Shown: positions 1 to 8,563, numbered from the stretch's first letter. The stretch is DNA of 15,248 nucleotides from Moorena sp. SIO1F2 (GCF_010672755.1 NZ_JAAHFV010000136.1:1-15248), one strand, 5' to 3'. The notes: generated from the sequence alone by a model not told the origin. Numbers and translations are program-made.

Positions 1-1110
1 ACATTCTTCCGATCTCTCATTACTCCTATCCCATCGACGGAAAAAACGTGGAAGAGATTTTTGTTTAAACTGGTAGTAACGCTCTGATACTTGACAAAGA
101 TTTATCGTAGCTTGCTTGAATTCACCTTGACTAGCGAGCTCTTCTATAGCATAGGAAAACTGCAATTGATCTAACATTGACTGACATAGCTTGGGAAAAG
201 CCTTATTTTGACTCTTTATCTTTCTAAGTTGCTCTATTTGTTCTTTTCTGGTAATAAATTGGCGTCTGCATATGTCCTGAGGAACAAGGTTTTTTAGTTG
301 ATCGTCTGCTCTTCTAGCACTAGTACACTGAAATACACCAAAGGTAATGACTAGAAACAAGGCGATCAAGCCACCCCAAAAACTAATGGGTGATGGGATT
401 CTGCTAGTTGATGGGGTAGCCGAGGTTGTGGCTTGGTCTGGCTCTAAAGGTACTACAGTTGATTGGTTGGGCTCGTCAGTTGTCAGATCTGGGTGTTTGG
501 GCTCGTCAGTTGTTAGATCTTGGTGTTGAGTAACTGGGGTGATTGATAGGTTAGGAAAAGCCATGGCGATGGCTTGATCAGTAGCATCTGTCGTCAGCTC
601 AGATGCCAACCAATAGTCTGTACTGGTCAACTGTGCTAACTCTTGAGCTACCCAGTTGAGATTAAAAACAGCCTCATAAATACGGTTAGAAACTTTTAAA
701 TTTCCCCCCTGGTTAATCACCACACCGGAGTTGAGCAACACTTTTTGTTCCCAACTGTCATTTGCCATCATGGCTCCCTGCAAAATTTTCTGATACAGCC
801 GCAGGAATTGTTCTTCGAGCAAGAAACTACGAATATCTTGCAGAAGTTCAGCGGCTTCCTGAGTTTCCCAATTTTCAACGAAGTGAGTTTTGACGAGTTC
901 TTCGACTTTAAGAGCTTCCTCACCAACAGGGATGGGAGATTTAAAGTCAAGGATAACTTGACAAAGCTTCTGGGTCAAAAAAGGCTGAGAGCCAGTCCAT
1001 GCCAGTACCTCGTCTAAGATAACATCAGGGTTGATCAGATGTTCCGCCAATGCGGGTTTGAATGGTTCGAGGATTTTAGCCACCTCAGGTTTATCCTGCT
1101 TAGAGGTCAT
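1..1110 (-). CDS. Hypothetical protein, 3' end runs off the window (>370 aa). The N-terminal ~190 aa resemble the GxP/winged-helix region of cyanobacterial STAND (AAA-like) ATPases. A Thr/Pro-rich tandem-repeat linker, one TM helix and a C-terminal domain follow.
   Basis: By hand translation of the minus strand from ATG at 1110-1108 (MTSKQDKPEVAKILEPF...) there is no stop codon down to position 1. A TGA lies in frame just upstream of the ATG. Motifs WTGSQPFLTQKLCQ and NRIYEAVFNLNWVAQEL are present. A hydrophobic stretch ISFWGGLIALFLVITFGVF is present. The ORF is missing from the track only because it is edge-truncated. Confidence 0.6.
   Translation of the reverse strand, partial: MTSKQDKPEVAKILEPFKPALAEHLINPDVILDEVLAWTGSQPFLTQKLCQVILDFKSPIPVGEEALKVEELVKTHFVENWETQEAAELLQDIRSFLLEEQFLRLYQKILQGAMMANDSWEQKVLLNSGVVINQGGNLKVSNRIYEAVFNLNWVAQELAQLTSTDYWLASELTTDATDQAIAMAFPNLSITPVTQHQDLTTDEPKHPDLTTDEPNQSTVVPLEPDQATTSATPSTSRIPSPISFWGGLIALFLVITFGVFQCTSARRADDQLKNLVPQDICRRQFITRKEQIEQLRKIKSQNKAFPKLCQSMLDQLQFSYAIEELASQGEFKQATINLCQVSERYYQFKQKSLPRFFRRWDRSNERSEEC
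467..526. repeat. 30-nt tandem direct repeat, two copies, in frame inside the 1..1110 minus-strand CDS. It encodes DLTTDEP(K/N)... repeats in the linker.
   Basis: ttgggctcgtcagttgtcagatctgggtgt is followed immediately by ttgggctcgtcagttgttagatcttggtgt. Confidence 0.8.
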
Positions 1111-1241
1111 TTCATTCCTTGTGTATTCCAGACTATTTTTCCTTCAAACATATTTTGTGATAGTCTTAAATTTTGGATCAAGATTAACAAGGAATTTCTA
1201 TGACCTACAAGCCAGGTTATCGGTAAGACATGGGGTTTCGA

Positions 1242-1586
1242 CTACATGTCCATTACATCCAACCCCTCTGATGGCATAACCTTTCCCCCATAGGACTTAA
1301 CTACATCTTCAAACAAGGGCATATCATCCTGTGGGATTCCCACTACTACTACCATTTTGGCATATTCCTCTGCTCCTTCTTCCTTGTATTCTATTTGCTC
1401 GAAGGGCAGGTCTGTTGTCCAATCGTCTAAATTGCTATTAATCATAGGGATGTTGGGCAACAGTTCTTCAACTGGGATAGCGCGAGGTTTAAAAGGTAGA
1501 TCCACGCAAAATCGAGGCAGTGCCTGATGAGAAAAATTAACGAAATCCACGGGATTGGTAAAGACGACGGATACTTGGACTTTCAT
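1242..1586 (-). CDS. Hypothetical acidic protein, 114 aa.
   Basis: Complete ORF in the track (MKVQVSVVFTNPVDF...). It is co-oriented with and 130 nt upstream of the 1..1110 CDS, so it is a possible operon partner. No recognisable domain and no clear SD. Confidence 0.45.
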   Translation of the reverse strand: MKVQVSVVFTNPVDFVNFSHQALPRFCVDLPFKPRAIPVEELLPNIPMINSNLDDWTTDLPFEQIEYKEEGAEEYAKMVVVVGIPQDDMPLFEDVVKSYGGKVMPSEGLDVMDM

Positions 1587-1870
1587 AATCTATGCTATGC
1601 TATTCAATCTATTGAGACCGATTTGAATTAATACATCATAGCAAAGATAAGCAGTAAGCTTACCCCGGGCTGTTGGCGTAGCCTGCCGCCAGGCATAGCA
1701 CGGGGGCTTTCGCCCAGGCAACAGGCGCGTTGGTTTTCAGTACCCCTAGCTAACTAACGCCCTTAGACTCCCAATTAATTGAGCCTAAGGGTTAAGGGCT
1801 GAACCTCTAGGTCTGCTTACTCTACGGAAACCCGTAGCTTCTACAACCGAGTCAATTCCCGGACGACCCC

Positions 1871-1948
1871 ATTGAGAATTAAGAATTGAGAATTGAGAAT
1901 TGAGAATTGGTATTTCTGAATTCTTGATTCTTGATTCTTGATTCTTCA
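1871..1948. repeat. STRR-type heptamer tandem arrays: GAATTGA/AATTGAG about x4.5 (1871-1910), immediately followed by TTCTTGA x4 (1921-1948).
   Basis: Read directly: attgagaattaagaattgagaattgagaattgagaattgg ... ttcttgattcttgattcttgattcttc. Confidence 0.9.
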
Positions 1949-2232
1949 ACATTGCTCCGATTTACGTATCACTCGCCGATACTAACCTACTGGCCTAGCC
2001 GTTTTCTCCGGAGCTAAGAGTGCCTTGGCCAATTTCAACCTATATCTATTATACTTGACTGGGGTTAAAACTGCTATGCCGCTTCATCCCGGAGACGAAA
2101 CCTTTGTTTCTTACGTGAGACAGCCTCTGACTTGCAGTCATGCCAAATCTGGGTCTAATAGCACCGTTAACCAAACTGGTAATATGAACAGTATATTATA
2201 TCGCAATGACTCAATTTAGGAACTGATGCCTG

Positions 2233-2628
2233 GTGAATAAAGACGTATCAAGCAGTTTGGTTTACGAGTTCCAGCCTCATCAGATTATTTGCTTAGAGCA
2301 TGACAATACTCGTTTATACGCTGAAGTTATCGAATTTGTGTCATCGCGACAAATGTGTTGGGTGCGTTCTATGATATTCGTCACCTTGCATAGTCAAGAG
2401 CCTGTGCCAGTGAAACCCCCTGAACAGCTTACTCTTTACGACCTACGCTCTGGACCGGATTTACTTTGGCCAGCGAGTTTATTACGACTAGCCTTAGACA
2501 CTGAAGTAATTCCCCTCTTGGTTCGGTTAGATGACCCTGATGTCAATGTAGAAAGTGACCCTGATGCTCGCCAGCAACTAAGTTATTTTATCTGTGCAGT
2601 TTGGCAAGCTTATCCAGACAAGTTTTAA
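2233..2628 (+). CDS. Hypothetical protein, 131 aa. GTG start at 2233; alternative TTG at 2257.
   Basis: ORF track. Protein-like composition, no recognised domain. First internal Met is about 40 codons in, so a non-ATG start is required. Confidence 0.4.
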   Translation: MNKDVSSSLVYEFQPHQIICLEHDNTRLYAEVIEFVSSRQMCWVRSMIFVTLHSQEPVPVKPPEQLTLYDLRSGPDLLWPASLLRLALDTEVIPLLVRLDDPDVNVESDPDARQQLSYFICAVWQAYPDKF

Positions 2629-2779
2629 GTTTTGTTAATGGTTAATCGGTCATAGGACTTTGCCAACTCCATGGTGATCTGATCACGACTCAAGCAGTAG
2701 CAAGTCAGACCCCTTAGGAGAGTAAACTACAGTTGTAGGGGTTTTGCCACATGTAGCTGTCAGAGCTTGCCCCAACCCT

Positions 2780-2818
2780 GAAAGTCATGGCTAAAAGTCA
2801 TGGCTAAAAGTCATGGAG
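2780..2818. repeat. 12-nt tandem repeat AAAAGTCATGGC, about x3.
   Basis: gaaagtcatggctaaaagtcatggctaaaagtcatggag, located between convergent ORFs. Confidence 0.8.
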
Positions 2819-2868
2819 TAGTTACCAAGCCTCCGAGCTGGTCTAGCCTTAGTTTATAACCACTTTTT

Positions 2869-3063
2869 CTAGTGACTCGGAACTAGCTGTACGCGACCAG
2901 CATCCATCTCAGACATTAATAATTCCAGTGCTTCGTAATCCACATCAGAGATGTAACCCGTTTGAGTTAGTTCGTAGTTAATTGCATTCTCTATATCAGG
3001 AGTCAACTGCCTAATATAGAGGGCTTTTTCTACTAGTTGACGAATAACAAAGGTAGTTTTCAC
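2869..3063 (-). CDS. Small hypothetical acidic protein, 64 aa, GTG start.
   Basis: ORF track. Start codon is rc(cac)=GTG with an in-frame TAA two codons upstream. No SD. Confidence 0.3.
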   Translation of the reverse strand: MKTTFVIRQLVEKALYIRQLTPDIENAINYELTQTGYISDVDYEALELLMSEMDAGRVQLVPSH

Positions 3064-3282
3064 AATTACTTACCCACAATTCCATATAAATTTATTGTCT
3101 TCTGAAGTTACTAGCCACTATAGTGATCTTTATCTTATTGGTATGTGATCTAAATCACTGATAAGGTGGATTTGTACTCTCTTAAATACATATTATAAGC
3201 CTTTTGGACTTAACTCATAAAGCTTAACCTGAACGTAAGAAGCTATGCCGTTTCAAGGGTTAGAGGTATTGAAGTTTAGGTG

Positions 3283-3362
3283 CGACCCGTTCCCGTAGCG
3301 TCGGCTTTGCCCAAAGGTGCGACCCAAGGGCGATTTACTCGCCCTTGGAGGCGCGCACCTAA
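3283..3362. repeat. GC-rich nested inverted-repeat element: outer arms AGGTGCG/CGCACCT, inner perfect hairpin CCAAGGGCG-ATTTACT-CGCCCTTGG. SDR/MITE-like or a small structured RNA.
   Basis: ggtgcgacccgttcccgtagcgtcggctttgcccaaaggtgcgacccaagggcgatttactcgcccttggaggcgcgcacct. The 10-mer GGTGCGACCC occurs twice here and as its reverse complement at 7321-7330. Confidence 0.6.
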
Positions 3363-3710
3363 GGCAGTTATAAGGACATACTGCTTAGTACTACTTGCCT
3401 CTACACCCTAGTTAACGTTATACTTATCTAAAGCTAAACATTTGGCTCAAGCCTATAAAAAAAGTCTTATATTTCTATGTCAGGGCAGCTCTATTTAGTG
3501 AATGTAACAAAAATTATAAAAATTTAATCCCTACTTATAGGCATGAAATGAGCGATGCTCTTAGCCACTTAGACCATCGGAAATGAAAAATAAATAAATT
3601 ACTTAACTTGAAAAAAGTAATATATGATACATTTTGTTGATGGTAAGTTTTATGAAGATTTCAAAAACCATTAGCCATCTGTAAAGATTCGGCAAAGTAT
3701 CTCAGAAGTG

Positions 3711-3735
3711 GTATGGAATTAGCAAAATTCCATAC
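3711..3735. promoter_or_regulatory. Perfect 10-bp inverted repeat GTATGGAATT-agcaa-AATTCCATAC, about 60 nt upstream of the STAS gene. Candidate operator or TF binding site.
   Basis: Read directly: the arms are exact reverse complements with a 5-nt spacer and lie in an AT-rich promoter region. Confidence 0.45.
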
Positions 3736-3794
3736 TATCTTCAATATATTCTCTAGAAAATTTTATTGGATTTGACCAAGTGAGGATTCTGCTC

Positions 3795-4127
3795 ATGACA
3801 CAGGCGACCCTGAGTGCAAAATTAAGAATTATTCAACCTTCCGGTCATATTAACGCTTCTAATGCAATTGAGTTTAAAAGTCAGTTGACAGAAGCTGTGG
3901 TGGCTGCTGAGGATTCGGCTTTGTTGGTTGATATGCATAAGTTAGAGTCTCTCGACAGTGCTGGCTTAATGGCCTTAATTCATGCCCTGAAGCTAGCAAG
4001 AAGTCTAGAGAGGCGCTTTGGTCTTTGCTCCGTAGCTCCTTCAATTCGCATTATGCTGGAGCTAACTAAATTAGATGGGGTGTTTGAGATTTTTGAGAGC
4101 CATGAGGCTTTTGCTACAGCCCTCTAG
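3795..4127 (+). CDS. STAS-domain anti-sigma-factor antagonist (SpoIIAA-like).
   Basis: Motifs QPSGHINASNAIEFKSQL...LLVDMHKLESLDSAGLMALIHALKLARS...IMLELTKLDGVFEIFESHEAF are typical of anti-anti-sigma STAS proteins. ATG at 3795 lies 8 nt after GAGGA (3782-3786). The track's GTG at 3780 is an in-frame alternative. Confidence 0.8.
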   Translation: MTQATLSAKLRIIQPSGHINASNAIEFKSQLTEAVVAAEDSALLVDMHKLESLDSAGLMALIHALKLARSLERRFGLCSVAPSIRIMLELTKLDGVFEIFESHEAFATAL

Positions 4128-4375
4128 GGGGTTGGAGTAGGTTGGGAAGCTAACTCAATGGCTCTGAGTGCAGCAAAATAATAGGAAATCTAAGGAAGAT
4201 TAAGTGCTTACAGCGATGATGATGGGAGGAGATAGGGAAATACCAGTCAAGAAGTCTGGTGGTTCTTATCTCCCTCACTTCATCCAACTTCACCCAACCC
4301 GATCTCTACCCTGAGTACTGATAAAATGAATGGTGGATCAGGGCTAACTGCATTGAAAGCAGTAATAAAGTTTCT

Positions 4376-7210
4376 ATGGGAATCACTGTAGAGGAAATAC
4401 TAACACCAGACATCAACAGACCAGCCCGTTACTTAGGTAACGAGTTGGGAGCAGTCCATAAACCTTGGGAAGAAGCTGAGGTACGCTGGGTATTGACTTA
4501 TCCAGAAATCTATGAAGTGGGCGCTTCTAACTTAGGCCATATCATCCTCTACAATATATTGAATTGTCAACCTAGGCAGTTATGCGATCGCGCCTATCTA
4601 CCAGCGCCAGACTTGGCAGCTAAATTACGTTCCACTCAAACTCCTCTGTTTGCTGTCGAGAATCGGCGACCTCTGACAGATTTTGATATTATTGGCTTTA
4701 GCCTTAGCTATGAATTAGGGGCAACCAACATCTTGGAAATGTTGGATTTGGCAGGAATTCCTCTTACCTGGAAAGACCGTGCTGAGTTTGATATATCGGA
4801 AATCCCCCTAATTTTTGCAGGTGGACAAACGGCGACATCGAATCCTGAACCCTATGCTGATTTCTTAGATTTTGTTGATCTTGGCGATGGGGAAGAATTG
4901 TTGCCAGAGATTGGCTTAGTAATCGAAGAGGGCAAAGCAGCTGGCTTAAGTCGAGAAGCGTTACTCCTGGATTTGGCTCAGATACCAGGGGTGTATGTCC
5001 CCCAATTCTATGATATGACTGAGGATGGCTCAGTTAAACCCAACCGCCCTGATGTGCCGAAGCGGATTTTGCGGCGTGTGGCTACACCGATGCCTGCCTA
5101 TGCTATTGGACTAGTACCCTATATCCAAACGGTTCATGACCGACTCAAGATCGAAGTGCGGCGGGGCTGTACTCGCGGTTGTCGGTTCTGCCAACCTGGG
5201 ATGCTGACTCGACCAGCGCGGGATGTGGCACCAGAAAAAGTGGTGGAAGCTATTGAAGAAGGGATGCGTGCTACAGGGTATAACGAGTTTTCCCTTCTAT
5301 CCCTGAGTTGTTCCGATTACCTGGCTCTACCAGCGGTGGGGATGGAAATCAAAAATCGTCTTAAGGATCAGAATATTTCCTTGTCCCTACCGAGTCAGCG
5401 GGTAGACCGCTTTGATGAAAATATTGCCAATATCCTAGGGGGAAATCGCCAGAGTGGCTTGACCTTTGCCCCAGAAGCAGGAACTCAGCGGATGCGGGAT
5501 ATTGTGAATAAGGGACTGACTAATGAAGAACTGCTCAGGGGAGTAAAGACGGCATTTGAGCAAGGCTGGGAGAAAGTCAAGCTCTATTTTATGATTGGTT
5601 TGCCCGGTGAAACGGATGCGGATGTGTTGGGGATTGCGGAAACGGTGCGTTGGTTGCAGCAGGAGTGCCGTGCCAAAGGGAGGAAAACCCTTAAGTTTAA
5701 CATAACTGTTTCTAATTTTACCCCAAAACCTCACACCCCATTCCAGTGGCATTCCGTATCGACTTCGGAGTTTAAACGCAAGCAGGAATTGCTCAAACAA
5801 GTATTTGGTCAGATCAGGGGGGTGAAGGTTAATTACACCGATGTTCGGATTTCGGCCATGGAAGATTTCGTGGGACGGGGTGACAGACGCTTAAGTGCGG
5901 TGGTGCGCCGTGCTTGGGAATTGGGGGCAGGGATGGATGCCTGGATGGAAAGCTTGGATCGGGCATTTGCTGCTTGGGAAAATGCGATCGCTTCATCAGG
6001 TCTAACCTGGAAATATCGCCAAGTAGAAAATGGCGAATGGAACGTGATGGCGGGTGTAGAAGAGTTGCAAGTTGGAAGGTTGAAGGTTGAAAGTTCAGAT
6101 CAACCAGCTAACCTACAACCAGCTAACCTACAACCAACTAACCTTGGCCAAAAGGCCACGCTACGCGAACAACCGTCTAACCTTGGCCAAAAGGCCACGC
6201 TACGCGAACAACCTTCAACCCTTCAACCTTCAACCCTTCAACCTTCAACCCTTCAACCTTCAACCCTTCAACCTTCAACCCTTAACGCCCTTGATGCTCC
6301 CTTGCCTTGGGATCATATTGATACGGGAATTGATAAGAATTGGCTCAAGGAAGATTTACAAAAGGCCTTAGATGCAGCAACGGTACCGGATTGTTCCTTT
6401 GATGGGTGTTCTCACTGTGGTGTGTGTGGGATTGATTTTGGTCATAATGTAGTGATTGACCCGCCGCAGATTCCGCAATTTGCTGGTCACTTTAAACCCA
6501 ATACTAATAAGGATCAGCGGCTGCGGGTTTGGTTTGGAAAGTTGGGGGATATGACCTTGTTGGGTCATCTGGATTTGGCAAGTCTGTTTGAGAGAGCAGT
6601 AAGACGGGCGTCACTACCAATTCGCTATAGTGGGGGGTTTCGGGCTAATGCTCGGATTATGATTGCTAATGCATTGCCCTTGGGAGCGTCTAGTAGTGGG
6701 GAGATTGTGGAGTTTGAGTTAACTGAGAAAATGCCAGTTGAGGAGTTTAGGGAAAGGCTGGTGTCTGAGTTGCCTATAGAGATTCCGGTGTATGGGGTTG
6801 AAGCAGTGGATTTGAAGGAACCTGCTGGAACTCAGCTGTTGGAAAAGGCTGAGTATTTGATTCGAGTTGAGGCAATGTCATCGGTGTCTTGGGAAGAGTG
6901 GCAGGGTTGGATTGAAGCAATTAAGGGTAGTAAGGAAATTTGGTGGGAGCGGTTTACGAAGTCGGGTAAGAAGCAGTGGGTGAATTTATGCGATCGCTTA
7001 TTTGAGTTCGAGGTGATGGAACCCCAAAAACCCAAAGATGGTGAAGAGGAGGTTGCAGAGTCTGGGGTAGTTTTGCAGTATGTGGGGAGTTGTTTGAATG
7101 ATGGCACCATGTTGCGACCAGAGCATATTATTTATATGTTGGATCAGGTGGCGCAGCAGGAGTTTCGTTTGTTGCATGTTCATCGGCAACGGTTGATTCT
7201 GCGCAATTGA
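4376..7210 (+). CDS. Fused radical-SAM protein, 944 aa: an N-terminal TIGR03960-type B12-binding radical-SAM domain (CTRGCRFC = CX3CX2C) joined to a C-terminal TIGR03936/DUF2344-type module. The linker carries an in-frame repeat insertion.
   Basis: N-terminus MGITVEEILTPDINRPARYLGNELGAVHKPWEEAEVRWVLTYPEIYEVG, the radical-SAM cysteine triad, and C-terminal RVWFGKLGDMTLLGHLDLASLFERAVRRASLPIRYSGGF match the two families from memory. Confidence 0.8.
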   Translation: MGITVEEILTPDINRPARYLGNELGAVHKPWEEAEVRWVLTYPEIYEVGASNLGHIILYNILNCQPRQLCDRAYLPAPDLAAKLRSTQTPLFAVENRRPLTDFDIIGFSLSYELGATNILEMLDLAGIPLTWKDRAEFDISEIPLIFAGGQTATSNPEPYADFLDFVDLGDGEELLPEIGLVIEEGKAAGLSREALLLDLAQIPGVYVPQFYDMTEDGSVKPNRPDVPKRILRRVATPMPAYAIGLVPYIQTVHDRLKIEVRRGCTRGCRFCQPGMLTRPARDVAPEKVVEAIEEGMRATGYNEFSLLSLSCSDYLALPAVGMEIKNRLKDQNISLSLPSQRVDRFDENIANILGGNRQSGLTFAPEAGTQRMRDIVNKGLTNEELLRGVKTAFEQGWEKVKLYFMIGLPGETDADVLGIAETVRWLQQECRAKGRKTLKFNITVSNFTPKPHTPFQWHSVSTSEFKRKQELLKQVFGQIRGVKVNYTDVRISAMEDFVGRGDRRLSAVVRRAWELGAGMDAWMESLDRAFAAWENAIASSGLTWKYRQVENGEWNVMAGVEELQVGRLKVESSDQPANLQPANLQPTNLGQKATLREQPSNLGQKATLREQPSTLQPSTLQPSTLQPSTLQPSTLNALDAPLPWDHIDTGIDKNWLKEDLQKALDAATVPDCSFDGCSHCGVCGIDFGHNVVIDPPQIPQFAGHFKPNTNKDQRLRVWFGKLGDMTLLGHLDLASLFERAVRRASLPIRYSGGFRANARIMIANALPLGASSSGEIVEFELTEKMPVEEFRERLVSELPIEIPVYGVEAVDLKEPAGTQLLEKAEYLIRVEAMSSVSWEEWQGWIEAIKGSKEIWWERFTKSGKKQWVNLCDRLFEFEVMEPQKPKDGEEEVAESGVVLQYVGSCLNDGTMLRPEHIIYMLDQVAQQEFRLLHVHRQRLILRN
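6071..6290. repeat. Composite in-frame repeat insertion inside the radical-SAM CDS. Components in order: GGTTGAA x3-4 (6071-6098); a 15-nt repeat CAACCAGCTAACCTA about x3; a 39-nt tandem duplicate containing the GGCCAAAAGGCC palindrome plus ACGCTACGCGAAC (6140-6212); TTCAACC(C) x~10 (6214-6284). TTCAACC is the reverse complement of GGTTGAA.
   Basis: Read directly. Encodes ...VGRLKVESSDQPANLQPANLQPTNLGQKATLREQPSNLGQKATLREQPSTLQPSTLQPSTLQPSTLQPSTL... Confidence 0.85.
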
Positions 7211-7487
7211 GAAATTTGGTGTGGCATTGCTGAATCTTCGGATGAATATGAGTGGGGTGGGCATCCTGCCTGCCCAAAAAGATCCGGTGCGCTTGACCCA
7301 TTAAGAATTAAATTCGCCACGGGTCGCACCGTCAGGAACGGGCAAGATGCCCATTCCACAAAAGTCTTCAAATCATTCCATTATTAAGCAACGCTGCCGG
7401 GAGAGGAGTTGCTGCTTCAAGGAATGGTATAATCAAAAGAAAACCACTGCTTTGATAAGGAAAGCCAATGGTACGGGAGTAACCAAA

Positions 7488-7524
7488 ATTAGCCATTAGC
7501 CATTACACATTACCAATTACCAAG
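7488..7524. repeat. STRR-type heptamer run: ATTAGCC x2, ATTACAC, ATTACCA x2.
   Basis: attagccattagccattacacattaccaattacca. Confidence 0.8.
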
Positions 7525-7563
7525 AATTATATTCTCACTGAGCTAAATTGATCTAGCTAACAA

Positions 7564-8430
7564 TTACTTATTATTTCTAATCCTACCATTAGGCATAATA
7601 GTGTTACAGAAAATAGCATCATTTAATTCAGCCTTAGCTAATTTAGCCTTTTTAAGATTAGCATGGCTAAAATTAGCCTCACTCAAATCAGCATCATGAA
7701 AGTCAACACCTTCTAAATTGGCATAACTTAGGTTTGCGCCCCTCAAGTCACTATTATACAGTCTTGCACCACTCAAATTAGCATGACTAAGGTTAGCGCC
7801 AGACATTTCCTCATAACCAAGGTTGATATTTTTCAAGTCTAAACCGCTTAAGTCAGCCTCTGCACAAATAAAGATTGCTCCTGCTTTTGATGGGTTAAAT
7901 CCAGTCGGAAACTCAGTGCATGACGTATAGATAGCTTTAGTAAAATTTATACTACTAAGGTCAGCTTTTTTCCAGCCATCAACCCCTAGCATACGGGCAT
8001 AACTGAGGTTAGCATTGCTCAGGTCAGAATCACCTAGGTAAACGTCACATAAGGTAGCATAAGTAAAATTGGCATCCGTGAGCTTACTACCAGCCATATA
8101 GATTACAGATAAATCAGCATAGCTCAGATCAGTACCACTAAAGTCGCAGTTTTCCAAGGTTGATTCAGATGCTACTAGATGACTCAAGTTAGCCTTAGTG
8201 AGGTTGGAATTTTCGATAGTGGTTTCATATAGGTAAACATTCCTCAAGTTAGCATGACTTAGATCCACATCATCCCAACTAGCTTCCTCTAAATCAGCAT
8301 TACTCAAGTCAGCATAATTTAGACAAACACCCTTGAGGTTAGTACTTTTCAAGTTAGCCTTTTTAAAATTAATACCAGAAAAATCTCTTTCACCGGCTTC
8401 GTAGCGTTTTAGGAATTCATCACGATTCAT
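7564..8430 (-). CDS. Pentapeptide-repeat protein, 288 aa.
   Basis: Protein is dominated by A(D/N)LSxANLxxA pentapeptide units (ANLSHANLSGARLYNSDLRGANLSYANLEGVDF...). ATG at 8430 is preceded by AAGGGG. Confidence 0.9.
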   Translation of the reverse strand: MNRDEFLKRYEAGERDFSGINFKKANLKSTNLKGVCLNYADLSNADLEEASWDDVDLSHANLRNVYLYETTIENSNLTKANLSHLVASESTLENCDFSGTDLSYADLSVIYMAGSKLTDANFTYATLCDVYLGDSDLSNANLSYARMLGVDGWKKADLSSINFTKAIYTSCTEFPTGFNPSKAGAIFICAEADLSGLDLKNINLGYEEMSGANLSHANLSGARLYNSDLRGANLSYANLEGVDFHDADLSEANFSHANLKKAKLAKAELNDAIFCNTIMPNGRIRNNK

Positions 8431-8563
8431 AGTATGCCCCTTATTTGTTTAATATTAGATAGTAATCATCCTGATTATATCGTAAAAAAAAATTTTATTA
8501 GTATTTTCATGGGTTGGGTTAATGATTAATGGTTAATAGTTGTTAGTACTTAATGGTATCAAG

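Noticed and set aside
347-1279. Plus-strand ORFs 347-529, 745-1017, 1031-1279 and minus-strand ORF 768-950
   Set aside because: All overlap the long uninterrupted minus-strand CDS 1..1110 that I translated manually. The short ORFs are antisense or out of frame.
2025-2219. 64-aa plus-strand ORF upstream of the 2233 gene
   Set aside because: Low-complexity, non-protein-like translation in a different frame from the downstream ORF. It is more likely promoter or leader DNA.
7262-7285. Hairpin GGGCA-tcctgcc-TGCCC followed by AAAAA as a terminator
   Set aside because: The A-run follows the hairpin on the plus strand and a T-run precedes it on the minus strand. Neither strand therefore gives the hairpin followed by a U-tract that an intrinsic terminator requires.
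5435-7371. Track ORFs overlapping the radical-SAM gene on the opposite strand or in other frames (5435-5800 -, 6087-6371 +, 6368-6568 -, 6832-7110 -, 6998-7264 -, 7180-7371 -)
   Set aside because: They are embedded in or antisense to a well-supported 944-aa CDS. The 6087-6371 ORF is simply another frame of the repeat insertion. Their amino-acid composition is not protein-like.
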